Source: the human T2T-CHM13v2.0 reference genome, Homo sapiens. Taken from it: a DNA stretch of 64,000 nucleotides. Location of the stretch: assembly GCF_009914755.1 (NCBI RefSeq), contig NC_060940.1. One strand, written 5' to 3'. Below are positions 54,399 through 64,000 of this stretch, one piece after another. The notes under the pieces are model-generated. The model was given only the letters and a program-made list of their open reading frames with translations, searched no databases and was not told the DNA's origin. How positions within the stretch are numbered: position 1 is the first letter of the stretch; each line of letters opens with the position of its first letter. The position numbers and the translations under genes were made by a program.

Positions 54399-56369
54399 TT
54401 TCCTGTACCTTGCACTGTCAGCAAACCACCCTTGGCGCTCCCATGTGATGAGGGGGTGAGTCCGACCACCCTTGCCCCCAACCCCTGAACAGAAGGAGGT
54501 CTGCTGTTGCTGAGCCTTAGCTGCCTACACACGTGTGTGCAGGAGAGAGACGTGCTGGCAGGAGACCAGTAGGGTGCCTGGCCGCACCAGCGTGGAGGTG
54601 GCCTCCAGGCACACTCTCCCCTCTTCGTCGTGGGAACTGCTTCCATCTCGGCCCAAGCAATAGACCTGACACGGGTTTCAAATGCTGCTTCACTTCTCCA
54701 GTGCTTTCCTGGATGATGCCTCTCTTTACAACCCCAGTCTCCAGGCCCCTGCGGCCCAGAGCCCCATCACATCCCACAAGCCTGCCTGGCACAGTGTTGG
54801 GGATATGCCATCCTCACCGAGCACCTACCACATGGGCAGCTGGAGTCCCTTGGGATAATCACGTGGGGAAGAGAAGTCCTTCCAATCCATGTGCGGTTTC
54901 AATCCCAATAACAGTGTGGAACTCAGCAGCTCACTGTCCTTCCAACCACCCTTCACTGAGCCCTTTGTGGGACCCATCCTGAGAACAAGTGTTGGGAATC
55001 CATTCAGGAATCCCTGGATTTGGCATCCACACGTCCCCCCTTGTCTGCTCTCCCCGCCCAGGATCATTTGCCTGGGCCTCAGACCCCTCATCCACAAAAT
55101 GAGCTTGAAAGTCACATGCCAGGGGCAGGACTTTCCCTCCCAGTGCTTGCCTTACGGTGAGGCCTGATATTTGTGCAATTGTTCGGCCCATGCCCCTCTC
55201 TCTCTCTAATTTCCAAGCTCAGCTCCTCAAGGGGAGGAGTGGGCCACTGATTCTCATGCAGGCACCGAGGGCACTGCCTTGGCAGGTGGACTGTGGGCAC
55301 CTGCGTGCATCTGAATAGGGCAGGCTGTGGGGGTTAAGATGTAAAATGCACAAATATCAGTGTTGTTTGTATTATTATTATAATTCTATTGTTATTACTA
55401 GATGTAGCCTCTGCTTCTAGGGGAGCAAACTTATCCCCATGCCCAGTGAGGAGCGCAGAGAACACACTGAAGCGCGGGTGAGGCCCTGACAGCTGCATCT
55501 CTCGTGTAAAGTTCCTCACAGTGAGTTTTGTGCTCAGCTTTTGTGAGGCACATGCAGACCATCCCCTGCTGAACAGTGAGCTGAGTCAGTGGCTTCCCCA
55601 CTTTCCCAGGCCCTGGGGAGCCCCAGGTTCCTGAGGAGGCACGGGCTCAGAGGGCACCTGGCTGAGAGTGGGAGCCCCACAGAACCAGCTTTCCGCAGCC
55701 ACTGCCTGCTAGGCTGGGGATGGCAGGCGAGTGCCTGGTGTTTCAGGATTCTCATCTTTCTCGAAAACTGTAAGGGCACCATCGCCCATCTGGACCTGAC
55801 GCACATTGCCGAATAACTAGGCTGCTGCCCTGCCCACTGTCCTTGAAAGCCACTTAACATATGTTCTGATTCTGCTGCCTGGCAGGCAGCTTTCCGTCCA
55901 GTGGCTGGCACCAGCCCTGAGAGATGTGCCTCTCTCCATCACCCAGAGGCTCCGGGCAGCCAGGCTGGAAGAAAACAGGAGGAGCCAGAACCACGAGCTT
56001 GGAGACCATTATCTTGTCACTGTCGGAGCCACAGACTTATGAATGGCCCCTGTCCTGGAGTGGAGCTGGCCACCCTGGAGCTTCAGAGGTACTCTCTGGT
56101 GAGAGGTTTACAGACCAGCCGCAAAATAAATCGCTCCCTTACCCGGCCTCTGGAGAGCCAAAACTCCCCACAGAGACAGTCATTGCATTGGTTTCTTTGT
56201 TAAAATAAAAATGCCCCAAGCATCCGCCCATGGAATTGTGTTCCCCACTGGGGAAGGAAGGCGGCTGTGAGGAAGGCAGCTGGCACGGGAGCAGAGACGT
56301 CATGGGGGTGACGGGCAATAACTTTATCCACCACTGGCTCACTGGGGACTTCAGAACAGTCCGCAAATA

Positions 56370-56960
56370 CTAGCTGAGCTCCTACCACATGCCAAGGAGT
56401 GTCCTAATCCTCAGGGCTGCAGGTACAAATAGCACAGAGTTCCTAACTCAGGAAGCACACAGTATAACTGGGGTGGGGGCCAGAAAATAAACAAAAAAAG
56501 CCAGGCATGCCAGGTCGTGGTGGGAGCTGAGATGAAAATGAAAGGAGATGGGGAGGGGAGTACGTGGGGAGGGGTGGGCTACAGGGGCCATCCCAGCCAA
56601 GTAGGAGCCGGCCATGTGGAGATTTGGGGGAAGAACATTCCAGAAAGAGGGAATGGCTAGTGCCAAGTACAAGTGAGCTTGATGAGCTTGGGGAATAGAC
56701 AGAAGGCCCACATGGCTGGAGTTGTCATTATTGGGAGGGATGGGGAGAAGCAGGAGACATGGCCAGAGGGGCAGGTGGAGGTAGACGGTGAACCATGAGC
56801 TTGATGACAATTATCTTGTCACTGCCAGAGCCACAGACTGACCTACATTTTTACAGGGTCACCACAATGAAGGGTTGAGAAAAGGCTGAGGGGGCTGCAG
56901 GTGGGTGGAGGACAGGAGGCTAGAGAGGAGACCTGTACAGCTGCTGGACATGGCATGGTG
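56370..56960 (-). mobile_element. L2 fragment
   Basis: CCTACCACATGCCAAGG...GCCATGTGGAGATTTGGGGGAAGAACATTCCAGAAAGAGGGAA. Confidence 0.65.
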
Positions 56961-56974
56961 ACGATGTGGATTAA

Positions 56975-57540
56975 GGTGGTCTCTGCTGCATGACACATTT
57001 CAATACACATAGCAGCTGGCAAAAACAGTCAGGCATCTGGGCCCAGCTCAGTTGCGGCCTCTGCAGGGCTTTGATTAACATATTGGCTGGGGCTGGTCTC
57101 ATCTGAACGCCTGAGTGGGGAAACATCCAGTTTCTTGCTTGCTCAGGCTTTTGCAAGACTTCAGGTCTGTAGGGCTGTTGGACTGAAAGCTACAGTTTTG
57201 GAGTGCTTCATTTCATTTTGTTTCATTTGTTAGCCATCAGCTGGAGGCTGCCTTCCACAACTAGAGGTCAACTACAGTTCCCCACCATACAGGGCTCAGC
57301 AGTGTGCCCAGCTTCTTCACAGCCAGCATGGTGGGTGGATTCCAGCCGACTGAGGGCCACAGCCTTAGGCAGCGCCACCCCATAACCACGTGTATGGAAC
57401 CAGACACGTCTGTCACCTTTGCCAGACCCTATGGATCAGAAGCAGTCACAGGCCCTGGCTGCTCTCAGGGAAGGGGTTCCCACAGGGTGTGCACACCAGG
57501 GTGTGGGGTCCTGGGTCCGCCTACGGGTCTGTCTACCATG
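56975..57540 (-). mobile_element. MLT1 (E/F-like) MaLR LTR
   Basis: TTGGCTGGGGCTGGTCTCATCTGAA...GGCTGTTGGACTGA...TCAGAAGCAGTCACAGGCCC. Confidence 0.6.
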
Positions 57541-57814
57541 GTGGTGTCCATGGGTATGCTGAACAGTGGACGCTTCTGCTGTGTAAGTTTAATTTCCTCC
57601 CAGAAGCAGCACATTATCATCCCCCATTTAATACACGAGGGTTAAAGTTTTGTCCTATATGTGGCAAATGATGATTAACTTTTCTTCGTTAAATCCATAA
57701 AGTACCAGGAGGAGGACAGACAGATAGAAGCCAGGCAGAGAGGGTTTGAAGGGAAGTTGAAGGGAGCCCCAGGAGGAACCTGGAACTCACACATCACAAG
57801 GGGTGATATCATCA

Positions 57815-58257
57815 CTCCTAGGTTCCACCCCTGCACAGCAAAGAAGCCCAAAGCTTGCTGGCTTACAACACTGATGTTTCCTTTACTTGTTCCTCCACTG
57901 ATGGCATCTACTGGGCAGGCTCAAAGGCTGGGGCTGGGTCCCCCATACAGCTGTGCACTGACACACAAGCGTGGCCGGGACCACAGCAGGGGCTGTGGCC
58001 AGAGGACGTGTGGCCTCTTGTGTGGCCTGGTTCCTGTACATGGTGACTGGGCTCTAACGGTGGGCACCTAAGACAGACAGGGCGAGGCAGGAGCTGCATC
58101 ACATTTATACTCCATCCTGGAAACCACACTGGCTCATTTCTACCTCATTGTATGCACCGGAGCAAGTCAATGTCCACAGGGAAGGAGACCAGCAACCACC
58201 TTTAGAAGGGAGAAGAGTCACAGGGTAAGCAGCCATGTTTCAGGTAAAACCGCCACA
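57815..58257 (-). mobile_element. Old MLT1 (H-like) MaLR LTR
   Basis: CCCAAAGCTTGCTGGCTTACAACA...GAGCAAGTCA...CAGGGAAGGAG...GCAGCCATGTTT. Confidence 0.45.
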
Positions 58258-58974
58258 CCGTCTGGAAACATGCTGATTCCAAGCAGGCCACAGGTGAGGG
58301 CTTTCGTGACATCTGGGTGACTATTTGTAACCTTGATGATTGATCAAAGGAGAAAAGGCAGGCTCCTCTTCTTGGCTCCCAGGGGTATCTCGCCCTGAGA
58401 TTGCCTGGGGACCACAGTTAGTTCATCTGTGAAATGGGGCAATAACCTCTCTTTCTACTTATTTTGGGAGACATCTTAGAAAAATATCAAGTGTCGTGGC
58501 AGATGTAAGCCACATGACTGTTGCCTGAGATGGGGAAAGCAGGTAGGGGGCAGCTGGCTCAAAGCCCTGGGAGTTCCCAGAACACACGAGATGGACCCAG
58601 TTCCCATCAGCCCCCCATAGTGCCACAGAGACCCAATGCCTCCATGGCTGACAATCCCCCACAGGCTCCTGTCCTGCCACAGAGCCCCTTGGGAGGGAGC
58701 GGGCACCCTTCACACCTAACCACGGCTGTTCCAACACAGCCACTCCAATTTTAAGATATTCCCGACAACAAATCTCACTCGTATGCACTGTACACCTACA
58801 TGTGCCAAGCACCGTTGCAGATCTTGGCAGCACCGCGCCACATTCCCTTCCTCACGGAGCTCAAGCTCAAGACCCGGAAGCTTCCAGGAACCCATGAGCC
58901 ACTTGGGAGGTAACTCCTTTAGGAAACTTGACAGTATCGCTTCATTTTTCACCTGGATATTCTCACACTCTGTG

Positions 58975-59270
58975 GGGAGGCTAAATGGTAGAAACATGTC
59001 TATTTGGGGTGAGGTAAAAGCTTTAGGGATAGATGGTGGTGATGGTTGCATAATATTGTGAAGGCAATTAACACCACCATTTAGGTACACCTAAAATGGT
59101 TACCATATTAAGTTTTACGTTATACATATTTTACCACAGTTCTTAGAAAGTGAATAATGTGACACACCGCAGATCATTAAATGTCATGCTTTAAATGAGT
59201 GACTTGCACGGTATCTGAATTTATATCTCAATAAAGCTGCTTAAAAATAAATCAATAAAATTTTAAAAAG
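58975..59270 (+). mobile_element. L1MB-type 3' end
   Basis: GATAGATGGTGGTGATGGTTGCATAATATTGTGAA...TTATATCTCAATAAAGCTG. Confidence 0.75.
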
Positions 59271-61028
59271 CTACTTTGAAAACATTTTAAAAAATTATAG
59301 CCCAGAATGGTAAGATTAAACTCTATCAACCATCAGGGACGTTTCCGAAATGCATGGTGTGCTCTTAATGACTAATTATTGTTCTGTTAACCAAGGCTTT
59401 GCTCAACAGAAAATCAAAGGTACACCAGGGAATGAGCCAAGCTCAGAATCTCACAGGAGAAACTTCTGGCCAATTGATTCACAATCAATTTTATCTCCAC
59501 AGACATGCAGGAAGCTCAGACAGGCTGTAGAAATCAACTGGCCTCGAAAGTAACCCAATATCCCACGGTCTGTGTCCCTCCATCCTCCCTCCTCCCTTTG
59601 TCCTGGTTAATATAACTTGATACTTCATAATCCTGGAACTTACACGTGCCTCTGCAAAGGTGAAAATCCCCACAGTAGAGACACTTCGTCCAGCAGATAT
59701 ATGATCCCATTTGCCTATTAAATGCAAATATCCAAGTGGGCTGTTGGTTCAACCAACTACTCAAACAAATTGAGCCTAGATCCCAACAAAGGTGAATTGT
59801 GCAAAAGTCAAAATGAGCCCTGGGTGGGATCAGCTTCAACACCACGAGAGGGAAATGGAGATGGGAAAGGAGCCGGGGTCAGTTCCCCCAAAAGGAGCCA
59901 TGTGGTCTTGGTTTGGTTTTAATTAACTTTAGGAACACATTTTTTTCTTTGGCTGGCCTGTGCGAAGGTAGAATTGCGTGGCAACTGGCATTTCATGTAA
60001 TTGGCACTGATGGTCACTGAACCCACAGGGCTGAGATCGACACCCCGAGTGCTGCTGATTTCGGTGAAATTGAACAACGTGCATGTGACCGCAAACCCAG
60101 CTGAAATGTGAATGCCCCGGAATGGGCTGGTTTGCAGCCTGAGAAGAATAGACTTCACTGTGCTCCAAATCAGGACGCAGTCCAAACCCGATCTGGATGT
60201 CCCACTGCCCGTGTAGGGGTCTGGGATACAGATCCTGAGGCTGAGGACACTCAATAGCCTCCCCTCCCCCATCTCCAGCCACCATCCAGCTGATGGGGGC
60301 CCCTGGCAGCCACCCAGGTCACTGTGTGTCCCAGGGTTAAGGGCTCTGGGGTTGGGCAGAGGGGGACCCAGCTGAAGGACAATGCATTTACTGACACCAT
60401 CTAGGTAACTGATTAAACAGTCCTTGTGAGTAGACCTGGGCCTGGCCAATGCCCCCTGCAAGGTGCCCACCTGGGCCCCCAAGTGAGTCAGTGTGCACCA
60501 GGCCTGTCTCCTAGTAGACACGAGGCATGTTTATTATCAGTGATAATAACCCTAATGACACATTCGAAGGACCTGGGACTGCAGATGTGATGAATTTGAC
60601 CGGGTTTCATTTCTCTCTGGCATTTAGAAAAGAGGAACCTCCCTTTATGCCCCTACTGTGAATGTCCACGTCCAAACCAACACACAAGCCAATACACGGC
60701 CACTACACTGCACAAACTTCATTTATGTGAGATCATCGGCCATGAGACCCTGTGGGCGCTCAGAGGAAGGGGGCTGATGCAGATGAAGAGGTCAAGAGAC
60801 ACTTCTGGAGGAGGTGATACCGGGGCAGAATCCTCAAGGAAGCATAGGAACCCTTCAAGACCAGGGATGGGGGTCCAGCCAGAAGGATCATGTGTGCAAA
60901 GGTGGGAAACCGCCAGGAGTCTCATGGGAATTCCATTTCCCAGGGTGATGTCCACACAGTTGGCAGGAGGCTGAAAGGGCCAGTCGGGAGTTGAGGGGAG
61001 CCCCGGAGGGCTTTTGAAGGTTGGTGCC

Positions 61029-61385
61029 TGATATGGTTTGGCTGTGTCCCCACCCAAATCTCATCTTAAATTGTAGCTCCCGTAATTCCCAAGTGTTACA
61101 CGAGGGACCTGGTGGGAGATAATTGAATCAGGAGGGCGGTTTCCCCCCCATACTGTTCTCATGGTAGTAAATAAATCTCACGAGATCTGATGACTTTACA
61201 AGGGGTTTCCCCTTCCGCTTGGCTCTCATTCTCTCTTGCCTGCTGCTATGTAAGACGTGCCTTTCACCTTCCACCATGATTGTGAGGCCTCCCCAGCCAC
61301 ATGGAACGGTGAGTCCATTAAACCTCTTTTTCTTTATGAATGACCCAGTCTCTGGTATGTCGTTATCAGCAGCATGAAAAGGGAC
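61029..61385 (+). mobile_element. THE1B-like MaLR solo LTR
   Basis: TGATATGGTTTGGCTGTGTCCCCACCCAAATCTCATC start; CCATGATTGTGAGGCCTCCCCAGCC; flanked by GGTGCC on both sides. Confidence 0.9.
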
Positions 61386-64000
61386 GGTGCCATGCCTGGG
61401 TGTGGGTGTTAGAAATCTTGGTCTCTTGGCCTCTGGAAGGTGAACTGGAAAGGGAGTGAGGCTGTGGCAGGAGACCAGGCTACAAGTTATGACAATAAAT
61501 CAGACACAAAGCAATGAAGCGTTGAGACCAATGGTGGCAATGGTGATGAGGGCGATGGTAGCAGTGGCGATGAGCATCACAGGGTAGATGCAATGTGGAC
61601 TTAGGAAGACATACAGGATGTGACCTTCCATGACCCTCCCGGGCCATCCCTCCATTTTCCACCCTCTCTCTGCCCTGGGGTCAGGGAGCAATCCTCTGGG
61701 TCCTCTCCCCTCTGCTTCCAGTTGAGCTCAGCCACTGGGGAGCACAGACGATCTATGGGAGGTGGGACAGGGAGGCTGCCATTGGGAATATTTACTCTTC
61801 TCCCTCCTGGGAGGTCCTCCTTGGGAGATCATCTCAGGCTGCCATGTTCCTCAACCAAAGTCCACCACTTCTCTCATGGTGGCCACTTCTCCACGATTTT
61901 CTCTCCTTCTGAGTCCTGCTCCCCTCTCTTCCCTTGACCCCAGGACCTAGGAGTGGTAACAGCTACAATGCTACTGGCCCCGGTTTCTTGCTTCACCCCT
62001 CAGGCCTCCCTTATACCCATCTCCACCTGTATGGTAAGTCTCTCGGCAAACTCATCCTCCCAGAATTCTCCTAATTGAGTGGTTCATCTCCTTCCTATTG
62101 GGAGCCCAACTGAGAACAAACTTCACATTCACTTCTCAGAAGTCTTGAGTCATTTTACAGATATGTACTGTGTTTCTAGAAGTGTGTTCCAGGTACTGTG
62201 CAGGGAGCAATCCTGGTAGTGTCTCTGTTCCCATGAGGTCCTGCCCTGTCTCTATGGTCCAGGGCAGCATCTGGGGCCTTGGTAAATGTGGAGATTCATG
62301 AGCCCTGCCCTAGCCCCAGAGAATCGCAAACTCTGGGGAAAGGACCCCAGAGTCTGCAATTTTTAACAGAATTCTCAGGGGTTCTCAATAGGCCAAGCTC
62401 AAAGCTGCCAGTGCAGTGGCTCATGATGCTTTGTAACACCTTACACTAAGCAGAAGAGGGACCTGCCTGGCAAGCACAGCACTGGCATCATGGACACAGT
62501 CTGCCCAACTGGTCAGCAACCAGTAGAGTGCCCAGTGTCCAAGCCATCCGCATCAGAGGTTAAGGATTTAGAAGATCACTCCTGAATTCTTAAGAACTAG
62601 CTGATGTGTTCATTTTTCTCCACTTATAATTTTCTGCTCTTTGCAATGTATCGCCAATCCCTCCATATTGTAACAACACAATAATAATTTCAAAACCAGT
62701 AATCTGTTATGCATATGCTTACAGTGTGACTGCTCCCTCCCTCCCCTGCTCTCTCTCCCTCCTCTATCTTCCTCCCTCTCCTTTTCTCTCTCTCCCTATA
62801 TTAGCTGTAGCAAGTCCCGCTTTATAAAAAATCTATATATTTCTTAAAAAACATAAGTTGGTAGCAATTACTTATTTCATTTGAAAATTGCATTGCTTTT
62901 CCTTAACAAGGTCCCTGGCATAGTGACAGCATGATTTAGTGGACAAGAAAAGCAGGAGGCACAACTAGTAAAGGATTCATCCGTGTTTTGAAATGAAGCA
63001 GAGCTGTGTTTCTCATCTGGAGACCTGCTCATCTGGGTGCCCCTTACTCTGACTCCAATGAAGGTTCCTGACTCTGTCGCTGGGGTTTCCCATCCATCCA
63101 AGATTTACTGAGCCCTGTGCTGTCTTCGTGGGGCCGTGATGGTAAAGAGAACCCCATTCCCCCACCTGTGGGGGACGTTTAGTCTCATACCTCTTTACTC
63201 TTCATGAATACATGCATTTTTTTTCTCCCTGAGTTTTGAGATGTTTAAAAATTCCTTTATCTTACTTCTTGAATGCAGCATTCAATACATTGCAATAGGT
63301 AAAATGTTACCGCCGTCGATCGTGAATTCCATTGCACAATATAAAAGCCCTCATTTGCTTTCCTTTTGGATTGGATTTCGAAATGGGTCAAATGTTTACA
63401 GAAATGGCCCAAACTGTACAAATAAACTGTAGCTCTAGTGAGGGAGGCAGTTTACATTACTCTCAGTCAGATGAATATGGAAGCTGCAGCCTGTCCTTTG
63501 AAAACCACTTCAAGCACTGTGCGTGTGAGTTCTGTGCCCCGTCTGGGATCCCTCAATTCCATCAAAAAGCTTCGGGAAAGGCATGGCGATCCTATAAATC
63601 CACACATCCATCCACAACCAGCTGGGTGGCTCTTGTCCTCCACTAGGTCAAACAAACAGGGGTTTTCACCCAGGCATCCTGCAATGCCCACATGGCGTGG
63701 ACCTTCCCCAAGCTCCCTTCCCTTGAGGTCACCTGCACTGCTCACTCGGAGCTGCCATTGTTCACCCGAAGCACCTGGAGAGCAGGAACTGGGCCTTGCT
63801 CTCTCATATTTGGCACATGTGGCCTGGAGCCTTTGCACATAGTTGATCTTCACTTGTTTGCTAATCCAATCCCCTATTTTACAGACGGGGAAACAGAGGC
63901 ACTGAAAGTCCTGCGTGCCTTGTGTAAGTAGATGTGGGCCCTATCACCTGAGTTTCAGAACAATGCCTGTGCTGGTTATAAAGCTCTTGTCTCTCAGCTC

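Noticed and set aside
53841-54488. His/Thr-rich ORFs
   Set aside because: Translations of the CA-rich minisatellite.
59919-60521. 200-aa minus-strand ORF
   Set aside because: No recognisable homology or exon structure; a chance ORF is likely.

Overview
Human (great-ape-type) non-coding DNA; I recognise no host protein-coding exons. Much of it is interspersed repeat: Alu, MIR, L1M, L2, MaLR/ERV LTRs, MER DNA transposons and minisatellites. Two landmarks stand out. The first is a two-exon, spliced, polyadenylated + strand transcription unit at ~8050-11590. The second is a full-length L1PA2 at 45167-51180 with ORF1 open and ORF2 broken by four frameshifts. Their sizes and ~37 kb spacing match my recollection of LINC01082 and the neighbouring L1PA2 in the distal lung enhancer of FOXF1 at 16q24.1 (about chr16:86.22-86.29 Mb hg19), the region deleted in ACDMPV. 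That assignment is from memory and needs a BLAT check. The most interesting candidate is hidden across the splice junction and invisible in the ORF track: a 63-aa ORF with an optimal Kozak context, a signal-peptide/myristoylation-like N-terminus and a basic C-terminus, overlapped by a 44-aa upstream ORF. Other notable signals are three perfect GLI sites, four ETS sites phased at exactly 15 bp next to a RUNX-motif-rich 29-bp VNTR, a dispersed 50-bp duplication and a THE1 LTR with a perfect DUX4 site. Repeat subfamily names and the edges of old repeats are by eye and approximate.
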